64,000 nt of DNA from Limnochordia bacterium (GTDB lineage: Bacteria; Bacillota; Limnochordia; DTU080). The first letter of the stretch is position 1. Each line of letters opens with the position of its first letter. Below are positions 19,937 through 29,608 of the stretch, in pieces. Where the stretch lies: assembly GCA_050951545.1 (NCBI GenBank), contig JBMNJG010000004.1:192001-256000 (forward strand). Reading direction: 5' to 3'. Below the pieces are notes generated by a model, which had not been told where the DNA came from, searched no databases, and worked only from the letters and a program-made list of their open reading frames with translations. Position numbers and translations under genes: made by a program.

Positions 19937-20620
19937 CTAGGCAAAGCCGTATTCACGTAGGAAGTCTGTGCTCAAGTTGCTTCTGGGTTGACTTTGGTTG
20001 ATGCCGTAAGGATCTGGGCGTTCGGTACTCGCACCTAAAGTGATGAATCGAGCTACGTACTTGCCGATAATATCACCTTCCAGATTGACGGCGTCGCCAA
20101 CACGCCGTTCCTGAAGGGTTGTTGCTCCCAGGGTATGGGGAATAAGGGAGATGGAGAACGCTTCCGACACAAGCCTGGCAACTGTCAGGCTCACTCCGTC
20201 GACAGCGATGGATCCCTTAGGAACGATCAGGGGGAGCAGCTCAACAGGCGGTGTGATCGTCATCAGCAGAGCCTCGCCCTCTTGCGAAAGGTGACTCACG
20301 TGACCAACCCCATCGACGTGCCCCAAGACAAGGTGGCCACCCAATCGATCACCGACGCGCATCGCTCGTTCGAGATTCACGCGGCTACCCACTGAAAGGT
20401 GACCCAAGTTTGTGCGACGCAGGGTTTCAGCGGTGGCTGCTGCGGTAAAGCGCCCATCACTCTTGGTCACCACGGTCAGGCAGGCTCCGTTAACGCTGAG
20501 CGAATCGCCGATGTTGAGGTCGCTGCACACGCGGCTCGAGGAAAGCGTGACATGGACTTCCTGCGAACTGCGACGCAGATCAACGACACGACCGACGTCT
20601 TCAATTAGTCCTGTGAACAC
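19937..20620 (-). CDS. ribE: Riboflavin synthase
   Basis: MFTGLIE start, NGACLTV, GGHLVLGHVDG, DGVSLTV. Confidence 0.97.
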   Translation of the reverse strand: MFTGLIEDVGRVVDLRRSSQEVHVTLSSSRVCSDLNIGDSLSVNGACLTVVTKSDGRFTAAATAETLRRTNLGHLSVGSRVNLERAMRVGDRLGGHLVLGHVDGVGHVSHLSQEGEALLMTITPPVELLPLIVPKGSIAVDGVSLTVARLVSEAFSISLIPHTLGATTLQERRVGDAVNLEGDIIGKYVARFITLGASTERPDPYGINQSQPRSNLSTDFLREYGFA

Positions 20621-21756
20621 AATGCATCACCTCGTTTCTGTGGCGGCCACAGCAGGGCGCCCTCTACCAAGAAATCAGGCCCCACCTGCTGCCAGTGGGG
20701 ATCATCCAGTCGGGGTGCACAAGAGGGGTCGGCTACCCCCAGCCCACCCAGCACGGTCGAGGCTCCCGCTCCGCCAAAGAGCACTGGCGCCACGAAGACT
20801 AGGCAAGCATCAATCAGCTGAAGGTCAAAGAAAGCACCTGCTAGAGTAGAACCACCTTCTAGTAGGAGGCTCGTGATCTCGAGCTGAGCTAGGTCGCGGA
20901 GCAAAGCTGCAACATCCACGCGGCCTTCGCGCGCGGGCGCTACCCAGACATCGACGCCTCTCTGGCGAAGCTGTTCTGCTTTCGCGGGCGGTGCGTCTTC
21001 TGTGGTGGCGACGATGGTTCGCCCGGGGGTGTGAGGGCTGATGCAGCGGGCATGGAAGGGGATGCGTAGCCTACTATCTGCGATGATGCGCAAGGGCTGA
21101 CGGACATGTGTAGGCTCCTGCCCCTCTGGACGTGCTGTGAGAAGCGGGTCGTCAGCCAAGATAGTCCCCACACCTATCATGATGGCATCTAGTTGCTGGC
21201 GGAGCTCATGAACTAAGGCCCGCGCCTGTCGGCATGTGATCCATTTAGAGGCACCCGTACGTGTGGCTGTCTTTCCATCTAAGGTTGAGGCTACCTTCCA
21301 TAGTACGTGTGGCCGCATCTTAGTGACATAAGTGATAAACGGAGCGTTAAGCTTACGCGCCTCTTCCTCCAAGAGACCCAGCTCAACATCAACCCCTGCT
21401 TGACGCAGCCGGGCCAACCCCTTGCCTGCGGTCAAGGGGTTGGGATCAACCATGGCCGCCACGACGCGACCAATGCCAGCAGCGACAAGCGCCTCGCTAC
21501 ACGGAGGTGTGCGGCCATAGTGCGCACATGGCTCAAGTGTCACATACATGTCAGCACCGCGAGCAGCTGCGCCTGCTTGCTGAAGGGCAACGACCTCTGC
21601 ATGAGGGCTTCCAGCCCTCATATGGTAACCACTACCAAGAAGCTGGCCGTCCTTGACAATGACGGCACCCACCAAGGGGTTTGGTGATGTGCACCCCCTT
21701 GCCTTAGCTGCCAGATCGAGGGCTATGCGCATCCAGTGTTCGTCTACCTGGTTCAT
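20605..21756 (-). CDS. ribD: Riboflavin deaminase/reductase
   Basis: PNPLVGAV, HAE, TLEPC.HYGRTPPC, EGG; ATG 21756 with GGAGG. Confidence 0.97.
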   Translation of the reverse strand: MNQVDEHWMRIALDLAAKARGCTSPNPLVGAVIVKDGQLLGSGYHMRAGSPHAEVVALQQAGAAARGADMYVTLEPCAHYGRTPPCSEALVAAGIGRVVAAMVDPNPLTAGKGLARLRQAGVDVELGLLEEEARKLNAPFITYVTKMRPHVLWKVASTLDGKTATRTGASKWITCRQARALVHELRQQLDAIMIGVGTILADDPLLTARPEGQEPTHVRQPLRIIADSRLRIPFHARCISPHTPGRTIVATTEDAPPAKAEQLRQRGVDVWVAPAREGRVDVAALLRDLAQLEITSLLLEGGSTLAGAFFDLQLIDACLVFVAPVLFGGAGASTVLGGLGVADPSCAPRLDDPHWQQVGPDFLVEGALLWPPQKRGDALCSQD

Positions 21757-21789
21757 AGGAATTCCTCCGAACACCTCTTGCTTTGTACA

Positions 21790-21830
21790 GAAGACAACAA
21801 ACCCCGGGCGCCATAGCTCCGGGGTTTTGT
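21790..21830 (-). terminator. Riboswitch expression-platform terminator
   Basis: Minus strand AAACCCCGGAGC...GCCCGGGGTTTGTTGT between aptamer and ribD. Confidence 0.75.
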
Positions 21831-21864
21831 GCAAGTGAACCACATGAGAGTCGTGGTCAATGCA

Positions 21865-22019
21865 GCGCCTCCTACCATCCGGACTGTACCGTCGGCTCCG
21901 GAATCTCACCGGATCATACTCTAGACTATATGAGTCTACAGCTCGTGGGCTTCGGGAACACTCCCGTTACCACCGGTGGGGAATTGCTCACGTTTGAGCT
22001 CACCCCGCCCCGAAGGTGC
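21865..22019 (-). ncRNA. FMN riboswitch (RFN element)
   Basis: CTTCGGGGCGGGGTGA..AATTCCCCACCGGTGGT..AGCCCACGA..GATCCGGTGAGATTCCGGAGCCGACGGTACAGTCCGGATGGTAGGAGG upstream of ribD. Confidence 0.95.
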
Positions 22020-22036
22020 CTCTTCTATCAGTTTAC

Positions 22037-22065
22037 AGGATAGCATGTGTGCATCACTACTTCAA
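22037..22065 (-). promoter_or_regulatory. SigA promoter of rib operon
   Basis: TTGAAG-N17-TATCCT with TG extension, just upstream of aptamer P1. Confidence 0.65.
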
Positions 22066-22242
22066 GAGCGCGAACGCACTCTGTCATCGGACTGCGACAA
22101 TGTCACCCCGTAAGCGGACTGAGGGAAAACACCTGTTCGCCGCGGTTTTTCGTGTACATCTCCGGCGACAGGGTAGCTATCCTAGTGTGAGTATCTGTGC
22201 TATGCTCATGCAAAGAGCGTGATCCGTAGGGGAGGTTACCAG

Positions 22243-23007
22243 ATGGGAGTACCCGGTGTTTTGCTCATGATAGATCCGGTTTTGTTTCAGTTGGGCCCTT
22301 TCGCTGTGCGCTGGTATGGTCTATGCATGGCCCTCTCAGTAGGCGTTGGGTTCTACTACTTGCTGAATGGGGGGCGGCGCCTGGGCTGCGATGATGACTT
22401 TCTCTACAACCTGGCTTTCTTTGTAGTTCTGAGTGGTATCGTCGGGGCCCGTGCGGTATACGTGGCCACCAATTGGAGCATATATGCCCAAGAACCTTGG
22501 GCTATCTGGCGTATTGATCTTGGCGGCCTCTCTTTCCACGGTGCAGTAATCGGTGGGATACTGGGGGCATGGCCTTATCTGCGACGCCATGGCGCGTCAT
22601 TCTCGGCCCTGGCTGATCATGCCGTGCCTGGCTTGGCGTTCGGCATTGCTATCGTTCGGTGGGCGAACCTGATCAACCAAGAGGCGATGGGGCGGGTCAC
22701 CGCCCAGGGTTTTGTGCATCCGACCCAGATCTATGGATCTGCAATAGGTGTCGTGCTGCTGGCAATCAACGCCTATCTCTCCAGGCGCCAGCCGCCACCC
22801 GGCTACCTGTTCTGGTCGTTCGTGCTGTATTACAGCATTCTCCGTGGGTTCGTAGAGGAGACTTTCCGCGCCAACCCGCTGTATGCAGGCGGGTGGGTCA
22901 TCCCCCGCATAGGGGCTGGGTTCTTCACCCTGACTCAACTGTTGACTCCGGTTTTCATCGGCCTGGCGTGGTGGATGCGGAAGCGTACACTTGAGCGTAG
23001 GCAATGA
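22243..23007 (+). CDS. lgt: Prolipoprotein diacylglyceryl transferase family protein
   Basis: IDPV.FQLGPFAVRWYG, GARAVYV, GGLSFHG, HPTQIY; some motifs divergent. Confidence 0.85.
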   Translation: MGVPGVLLMIDPVLFQLGPFAVRWYGLCMALSVGVGFYYLLNGGRRLGCDDDFLYNLAFFVVLSGIVGARAVYVATNWSIYAQEPWAIWRIDLGGLSFHGAVIGGILGAWPYLRRHGASFSALADHAVPGLAFGIAIVRWANLINQEAMGRVTAQGFVHPTQIYGSAIGVVLLAINAYLSRRQPPPGYLFWSFVLYYSILRGFVEETFRANPLYAGGWVIPRIGAGFFTLTQLLTPVFIGLAWWMRKRTLERRQ

Positions 23008-23480
23008 GTGCAGGGCGGTGTCAGTCTATATCTGTGAGAAGAGAAAGTAGAGCATGTGAATGGTCCGTGGCTACTTTTGTCGTACATCAGGGACGCGTTC
23101 TCTTGCTATATCACTGCAAACTAGAAAAGTGGTTGCCGCCAGGCGGACACATAGAGCCAGATGAACTGCCCGATGATGCGGCCATACGAGAGGTGTGGGA
23201 AGAGACACAGGTGCGCGTGGAGTTGGTAGGGGAGCGAGCGTTGCCAGTTTCTGATCCGCGTCAGCTGGTACGCCCTCGAGGAATTCAGCTGGAAACTATC
23301 GACTCAGTTCACCAGCATATCGACCTTGTCTATTTAGCCCGAGTGTTGGGCGATCCCACCCCGATAGGGAACGCGGAGTCCAGCATTGTCGGTTGGTACG
23401 GAAGAAACGACTGGCCTGAGTTGGGGCTCACAGACGAGATCAGGCAGTGGGTAGAGCTAGCAGTGGCCGAAGTACAATAA
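23004..23480 (+). CDS. NUDIX hydrolase
   Basis: GGHIEPDELPDDAAIREVWEET Nudix box; ATGA overlap with lgt. Confidence 0.9.
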   Translation: MSAGRCQSISVRRESRACEWSVATFVVHQGRVLLLYHCKLEKWLPPGGHIEPDELPDDAAIREVWEETQVRVELVGERALPVSDPRQLVRPRGIQLETIDSVHQHIDLVYLARVLGDPTPIGNAESSIVGWYGRNDWPELGLTDEIRQWVELAVAEVQ

Positions 23481-23518
23481 GGCGGGCTTCGCCTACCGAG
23501 CCACAGCGAAGCCCGCCT
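23480..23518. terminator. Hairpin between convergent genes
   Basis: AGGCGGGCTTCGC / GCGAAGCCCGCCT, 13-bp inverted repeat. Confidence 0.7.
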
Positions 23519-23537
23519 GTTATGTTATGGAGGCTAT

Positions 23538-24650
23538 CTACCCAAGAACGGCCAGAAACACACCAGCGGCAATCGCAGAGCCGATAACGCCAGAGACGTT
23601 GGGCCCCATAGCATGCATCAGCAAGAAGTTCTCCGGGTTTTCCTCCTGACCCACTTTCTGCACGACTCGCGCTGCCATAGGGACCGCGGAGACTCCCGCC
23701 GCACCGATAAGTGGGTTGATGCGGCCTCGCGACATGGCACACATCAAGCGTCCAAAAAGCAGACCGCCCGCGGTTCCGCCAGCAAAGGCAATTAGCCCCA
23801 GGGCGATGATGCCCAGTGTGTAGGGAGTCAGGAATGTCACTCCGCGGGCTGTGGCTCCCACCGAGACGCCAAGGAAAATGGTCACAATGTTGATCAGTTC
23901 GTTCTGAGCTGTCTGAGACAGACGCTCTACGATTTTGCTCTCTCGCAGAAGGTTACCGAGCATGAGCGAGCCGAGAAGTGTGCTGGCAGAAGGCACCAAG
24001 AGGCTTCCGACGACTGTGACCATGATGGGGAAGATGATGCGTTCTGTGCGTGACACGGGACGCAGCTGATCCATGGTGATCTGGCGCTCTCGGGTCGGCA
24101 CGATGGCCCGCATGATGGGCGGCTGTATAATGGGGACCAAGGCCATGTAGGAATAGGCGGCAATGGCTATGGGAGCCAGTAGTTCCGGGGCCAGGCGACT
24201 CGTCAGGAAAATCGCAGTGGGCCCATCGGCGCCACCGATGATGCCAATGGATGCTGCCTGCGGCAACGTATAACCCAGAGCAGAGGCCCCCAAGAAGGCC
24301 ACGAAGATGCCAAGCTGAGCCGCTGCGCCCAGAAGTAGGGTGTTTGGATTGGCAATCAGAGGACCGAAATCGGTCATGGCCCCTACACCGACGAAAATCA
24401 GCGGAGGATAGATACCGAGCTTCACACCTTGGTAGAGCTGGTAGATGAAGCCTCCGGGTTCCATGACCTCGGCAAGAGGCAGGTTGGCCAACAACATACC
24501 AAAGGCGATGGGGATGAGTAGCAGCGGTTCGTAACCTTTTTTGATGGCTAAGTGAAGTAGGATGAAACTGACCAAGAGCATAATCGCATCTTGGTATGTC
24601 ATGTGAAGTAGACCCACTGTGCTAAGGAATTCGAGTGCTTGCTCGAGCAT
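23538..24650 (-). CDS. Na+-translocating decarboxylase beta subunit (OadB/MmdB/GcdB family)
   Basis: [50 protein letters not shown]. Confidence 0.95.
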   Translation of the reverse strand: MLEQALEFLSTVGLLHMTYQDAIMLLVSFILLHLAIKKGYEPLLLIPIAFGMLLANLPLAEVMEPGGFIYQLYQGVKLGIYPPLIFVGVGAMTDFGPLIANPNTLLLGAAAQLGIFVAFLGASALGYTLPQAASIGIIGGADGPTAIFLTSRLAPELLAPIAIAAYSYMALVPIIQPPIMRAIVPTRERQITMDQLRPVSRTERIIFPIMVTVVGSLLVPSASTLLGSLMLGNLLRESKIVERLSQTAQNELINIVTIFLGVSVGATARGVTFLTPYTLGIIALGLIAFAGGTAGGLLFGRLMCAMSRGRINPLIGAAGVSAVPMAARVVQKVGQEENPENFLLMHAMGPNVSGVIGSAIAAGVFLAVLG

Positions 24651-24888
24651 ATACGCCCTCCCAGCCAATGCCTTCTCTCGATAACGTACCCATCATGACC
24701 ATATACCTTGTGGTCCGTGAGCGCCAGGGACCAATGTCCTGCGTTCCGTCAGCGCCCTGGGGAGGGTAAAAAAACCTGAGTCCGTCTTTTCCATATCAGA
24801 GGAAAGCTCTGACCGCAGTCGAAAGACACTGTTGGTAATACCAGCGGCGCTGCCGTTCCAGGACGAGTTGGGGATGGAGGGGTTTCGG

Positions 24889-26142
24889 ATGAGACGCATC
24901 ATGGCTATCTGGGTTCTGTTTTCCTTGTGCTTCGTAGCGCCTGTCAGTCAAGCGAACACCACCATTCAGTACATGTTTGGTGGACCGACAAAAGAGGCAG
25001 AGATTCAGGCAGAAATGGCCCGTGCGTTTGAACTGGCGAATCCGGAAATCAAAGTCGAGCTTCTGCATACTGCGGGTGACTACGTCGTCAAGTTCCAGAC
25101 CATGGTAGCAGGGGGCACCCCGCCGGATGTCCTCAACGTGAACAGCCCGAGCCTAAACGAGTTCATTGCCTCAGGTGTGGCGCAAGACATCACGGCCTAT
25201 GTGAGGCGAGATCCCTCGGTAAACGTGACCGATTTCTTCCCTTCGACGATGAAGGCTGTGCAGCACAAGGAGCATTACTATGCCCTACCGCTGTTCACAT
25301 CCCCTGTGGCCATCTTCCTAAACGATGACCACCTGGACGCTTCTGGGGTTGTCTATCATCCCAACCTTTCGTTTGCAGACTTTGCGACACTGGCACAGAA
25401 GCTGACACGCGATCTTTCCGGTGACAACGAAGTGGACCGTTGGGGACTGGAGCGCATCACCTACTGGGGACGCGCCTTGAAGTGGGCATGGTCGCATGGG
25501 GGCGATTTCTGGGGGATTGATGACAACTTCAATGTCGTGCCCACGTTCGATCACCCCGGGAATATCGCGGCACTAGAGTTCTGGCAGGATCTGGCCTATC
25601 ATCGTCCCGTAATGGGGGGCAACTGGTGGTCTGGTACGGCTACTATGCTCGACGCTCCGTGGTCTGGCTCTTTGTGGGGGATGTTGCGAGCTGCAGAGGA
25701 GAGTTCTGGACTGCGCTGGTCTGTGGCGCATCAACCCACAGGTCCGGCGGGGAAAGCTAGCACTTTCGTCTTCCAGCTGATGATGATACCTGCTAGTTCC
25801 TCGAAGCACGAGGCAGCCTATAGTTTCGCGAGCTGGATGGCTAGCAGGGCTGGCCAGCGCTTGATGCAGGTCGATCTGCGCTACGGCGGGGTACCCACAC
25901 GGCGTTCGGTACTCACCGATCCTGGTTATCTGGCTATCGATCCACGCATCAAGGCCTTTGTGGAGGTTGCATCGTACATGCGTCCGCTCATCTATCCTCT
26001 TCAAAGCAGCGCCGTCAGCAGTGCGGTCAGTGCTCGCGTCGAGCCGCTGCTAAGAGGAGAGCTGTCACCGAAGGTCATGGCCATACAGGTGCAGGAGATC
26101 TTGCAGGCGATCGCGAAGGCGGCCCGTGAGTCGAGGAAGTAA
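24889..26142 (+). CDS. ABC transporter sugar-type solute-binding protein
   Basis: Signal peptide, FELANPEIKVEL, AGGTPPDV, YALP; GGAGG before ATG 24889. Confidence 0.88.
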   Translation: MRRIMAIWVLFSLCFVAPVSQANTTIQYMFGGPTKEAEIQAEMARAFELANPEIKVELLHTAGDYVVKFQTMVAGGTPPDVLNVNSPSLNEFIASGVAQDITAYVRRDPSVNVTDFFPSTMKAVQHKEHYYALPLFTSPVAIFLNDDHLDASGVVYHPNLSFADFATLAQKLTRDLSGDNEVDRWGLERITYWGRALKWAWSHGGDFWGIDDNFNVVPTFDHPGNIAALEFWQDLAYHRPVMGGNWWSGTATMLDAPWSGSLWGMLRAAEESSGLRWSVAHQPTGPAGKASTFVFQLMMIPASSSKHEAAYSFASWMASRAGQRLMQVDLRYGGVPTRRSVLTDPGYLAIDPRIKAFVEVASYMRPLIYPLQSSAVSSAVSARVEPLLRGELSPKVMAIQVQEILQAIAKAARESRK

Positions 26143-26246
26143 AGGCGGCTGTAGCAGTACAGTGAACAGAGGCGCCCGCCCCCCCAAGGGCCGGGCGTTT
26201 TCGCCGAGCGCAGCAGAAATGACACCACTTTGGGGGGCCTGCAACG

Positions 26247-28481
26247 GTGGCAGAGAGGGTTCAAGCTTTGGCTGGCACACAGCCGCTGGAACGTGACACA
26301 GATGTTGGCAAAGAGACCCTGCAGGGCTTGAGCCTCTTGCTCGATCGGGAGATTAGGGCTGCAGATCAGAAGCGCTACGCGAACTTGGCGCGTTTGGCGA
26401 CTCGTCAGGATCGCCTTGCTCAGGTGTCTCTTCGACGAGAGCAGTTGGCGCGTATCGCAGGTGTAGTAGACCAGCGTCTTCCCATGAGGGATCTCGAGTT
26501 GGTGGTGTCACCGACGGAGCCGACGTCTTTGGCTCGGGCGGCAAACTATGAGGTAATGGCGGTTCGCTGGCCAGTTCTTCCTGGTGTGGAAGGTGAAGGT
26601 CTGCTTCTTCAGCCCAAAGGTAACCCGCTTGCCTGCGTCATTGCCATTCCCGACGCAGACTGGTCGCCTGAGATGATAGTGGGTCTGGGGTCGAGTTTGC
26701 CCCAGAAAGCGCAGTTCGCAAGGCGCCTCGCTGAGTTTGGTTGTCAGGTTGTGGTACCGACCCTTATCGATCGGGCGTGCCAGTGGTCTGGGAATCCCGA
26801 GATTCGGATGACCAACCAGCCTCATCGAGAGTTCGTCTATCGCATGGCCTACCAGATGGGGAGGCACATAATAGGCTACGAGGTCCAGAAAATTCTGAGT
26901 CTAGTGGACCTGTTCTCAAGCCGAAAGCAGGGCCCAATCATCCTGTTTGGCTACGGCGAGGGAGGCTTGCTCGCGCTGTATAGCGCAGCTCTTGATGAGC
27001 GCATCTGCGGAGCTGGTGTCAGCGGGTATTTCCGTAACCGGTGTGGAGTATGGCAAGAGCCGATCTACAGAAATGTGTGGCAGCTACTTTGCGGCTGCTC
27101 GGATGCTGAAGTGGCTGCATGCATAGCACCCCGGCCGCTAGTTGTCGAGGCCAGTCCGGGTCCGCAGGTCGAGGGGCCCCCTCCGCGTACTGACGTGCGG
27201 GGTGGAGCGGCACCCGGCGTCTTGGCTCCCGCTCCCCTGGCGGAGGTACGCGCCGAGATAGCCCTAGCCAGGCAGGCCTATGCAGCTTCTGGTGCTGCCG
27301 AACAGATCGTCTTGGTCGAGTCCAGCAACAACCTCTCCGTGGGCACGGATGAGGCTCTCGGGGCGCTGCTGCACGCCTGCGGGGTCGCGGTGAAGAAAGA
27401 CGTACCAATGCAGGCGAGTCCGCACCTCATTCGCTCTTGCGATCCCGAGAGCCGTCAAAAGCGGCAGTTTGACCAGCTCTGTGCGCATTGTCAGCGATTG
27501 TGGCAAGCATCGGCCAAGCAGCGCAAGGTCTTCTGGAAACAGGCAGACGCGACGTCTGTAGATAGTTGGGAGAAGTCCGTTGAGTGGTACCGCGGTTACT
27601 TTCGCGACGAGTTGATTGGGCCTATGCCTCAGATAAACAGGTCGCTGGGTGCGCGAAGCCGCCTGATCGAGTCAACTCCGGACTATGCGCTTTTCGAGGT
27701 CGTCATTCACGTTTGGGATGGGGTGCCAGCCTTTGCCTACATGCTGGTCCCTCATGACATCACGGATGATGAGAAGCGCCCTGTGGTCGTCTGCCAGCAC
27801 GGGCTAGGAGGCAACCCCAAGGCCGTGCTCCAGGAGGGCGGGTACAAGGCCATGGCCCGTCGCCTGGCAGTACATGGCTATATTGTCCTGGCACCACAAA
27901 ATCCTTCTATAGGGCCTGCCGGGGATGCTTTTCGCGTATTGCAGCGCAAAGCCAACCCGCTGGGGCGTTCGCTCTTCTCGTTTATTACGGGAATACACGA
28001 AGCCTGGCTCACTTGGCTAGCCACATTCCCCTTCGTAGACGAAAAGCGTATCGCCTTGTACGGCCTGTCGTACGGCGGCAAGACGGCCCTGCGCGTGCCC
28101 GCGTTGCTGAAGCAGTACGCCCTCGCCATCTGTTCGGGCGATTTCAACGAGTGGATCATGAAGACCGTCAGCGATGAGTTCTTCTCCAGCTACATGTTTA
28201 CGGGTGAGTATGAGATCTTTGAGTATGGGCTTGGGGAGAGCTTCAATCACGCAGAGATGGTCTATCTCATCGCTCCTCGTCCATTCATGGTCGAGCGAGG
28301 TCATGATGACGCATGCAGTACTGACGAGTGGGTCGCTTTTGAGTACGCCAAGGTTCGCTATCTCTACGACCGATTGGGCATTGGTGAGCGCACCGAGCTA
28401 GAGGTCTTCTCTGGTGGACACGAGATCCACCTACAAGGAACCTTAGAATTTCTGGATCACCATCTTGGCTGGCGGAAATAA
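26247..28481 (+). CDS. Tandem alpha/beta hydrolase (dienelactone-hydrolase-like)
   Basis: Two similar halves each with IAPRP; GYGEGG in the first, QHGLGG / GLSYGG / GGHEI in the second. Confidence 0.8.
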   Translation: MAERVQALAGTQPLERDTDVGKETLQGLSLLLDREIRAADQKRYANLARLATRQDRLAQVSLRREQLARIAGVVDQRLPMRDLELVVSPTEPTSLARAANYEVMAVRWPVLPGVEGEGLLLQPKGNPLACVIAIPDADWSPEMIVGLGSSLPQKAQFARRLAEFGCQVVVPTLIDRACQWSGNPEIRMTNQPHREFVYRMAYQMGRHIIGYEVQKILSLVDLFSSRKQGPIILFGYGEGGLLALYSAALDERICGAGVSGYFRNRCGVWQEPIYRNVWQLLCGCSDAEVAACIAPRPLVVEASPGPQVEGPPPRTDVRGGAAPGVLAPAPLAEVRAEIALARQAYAASGAAEQIVLVESSNNLSVGTDEALGALLHACGVAVKKDVPMQASPHLIRSCDPESRQKRQFDQLCAHCQRLWQASAKQRKVFWKQADATSVDSWEKSVEWYRGYFRDELIGPMPQINRSLGARSRLIESTPDYALFEVVIHVWDGVPAFAYMLVPHDITDDEKRPVVVCQHGLGGNPKAVLQEGGYKAMARRLAVHGYIVLAPQNPSIGPAGDAFRVLQRKANPLGRSLFSFITGIHEAWLTWLATFPFVDEKRIALYGLSYGGKTALRVPALLKQYALAICSGDFNEWIMKTVSDEFFSSYMFTGEYEIFEYGLGESFNHAEMVYLIAPRPFMVERGHDDACSTDEWVAFEYAKVRYLYDRLGIGERTELEVFSGGHEIHLQGTLEFLDHHLGWRK

Positions 28482-28505
28482 CCGCAAAGGCTCAGGGGGT
28501 TCTGC

Positions 28506-28533
28506 TTGACACTCTCGTATGCTGTGCTATACT
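28506..28533 (+). promoter_or_regulatory. SigA promoter of cysE operon
   Basis: TTGACA-N16-TATACT with TG extension. Confidence 0.75.
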
Positions 28534-28547
28534 GAGCGCACATACGT

Positions 28548-28835
28548 AAAGACGATGAAGGGGAGGTACCCCGACAACACTGCCTCTGCAGAGAAGAGCT
28601 GCCATAGGCTGCGAGTAGCTCTGAGGTATCGTTGGGAGTAGTGCACCCCCAAGTCGCCAGCAGAAGCCGCTGTCACGAAGCGGTAGTATGTGAGGCCGGA
28701 AGCGCCCGTTAACGCGCTAGGGCATGGATTGTGTGTGATGCCCGAAAAGAGACCGCTCCTGGTCGAGAAGCAGGGTGGAACCGCGGAAGCGTTGATGCTT
28801 GCCGCCTCTGTATGAAAGCAGAGGCGGCTTTTTCG
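28548..28835 (+). ncRNA. T-box riboswitch, Cys-specific
   Basis: CAGAGA and GGCTG stem-I motifs, TGC specifier 28642-28644, AAGCAGGGTGGAACCGCG T-box (UGGA fits tRNA-Cys U73), terminator GCCGCCTCTG/CAGAGGCGGC-TTTTT. Confidence 0.92.
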
Positions 28836-28883
28836 TTCGCTAAGTTCAGCAGGATGAATGATGGGTGAGAAGAAGGTGAGGCT

Positions 28884-29573
28884 ATGTTCCGCTCCATGGC
28901 GAATGACATGCGAGCAGTGTTGGATAGAGATCCTGCGTGCCGCAATCGCCTAGAGGTGCTGTTGTGCTATCCGGGCTTTCATGCCCTTGTGCTCCATCGC
29001 CTAGCCCATGCACTGTGGCGCGGTAGGCTCTTTCTGCTGGCTCGCCTGATCTCACACGCTAGTCGTTTCCTCACGGGTGTTGAGATACATCCAGGGGCAA
29101 CGATCGGTCGAGGCGTGTTTATCGACCACGGCATGGGCGTGGTCATCGGAGAAACGGCAGAGATAGGTGACAACGTCACCTTGTATCAGCACATTGTACT
29201 CGGTGGTACGGGCAAGGAGCGCGGCAAGCGCCACCCCACGATTGAGCGAAATGTGGTCATCGGTGCTGGGGCTAAGGTGCTCGGAGCGCTGCAGATCGGC
29301 GAAGGAGCCCGTATTGGTGCTGGAGCGGTTGTTTTGCAGGATGTACCAGCGCAAGCTACAGTCGTCGGAGTGCCAGGCCGCGTGGTTCGAGAGAACGGAC
29401 GGCGTGTCAAGGATACGATCAACCTCGACCACGGCTCTTTGCCGGACCCTGTAGATGTGACACTGCACAATCTTATGCAGCGGCTGGGGCGGCTGGAGCA
29501 ACGATTGGCAGAGCTTGAGACAAAGCCCTCCTTCGGCAGTACAACACCCTTCAGAGACGACGTTACGGCCTAG
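28884..29573 (+). CDS. cysE: Serine O-acetyltransferase
   Basis: [37 protein letters not shown]. Confidence 0.96.
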   Translation: MFRSMANDMRAVLDRDPACRNRLEVLLCYPGFHALVLHRLAHALWRGRLFLLARLISHASRFLTGVEIHPGATIGRGVFIDHGMGVVIGETAEIGDNVTLYQHIVLGGTGKERGKRHPTIERNVVIGAGAKVLGALQIGEGARIGAGAVVLQDVPAQATVVGVPGRVVRENGRRVKDTINLDHGSLPDPVDVTLHNLMQRLGRLEQRLAELETKPSFGSTTPFRDDVTA

Positions 29574-29608
29574 CCTAACTCAACACACCATAGTGAAAAG
29601 GATGGATC

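Noticed and set aside
21757-21909. Long N-terminal extension of RibD (and similar extensions of McsA, RplK, RplA, RplJ, RplF, RpsL)
   Set aside because: They run through leader RNAs or upstream genes; downstream starts have better RBS and match family N-termini.
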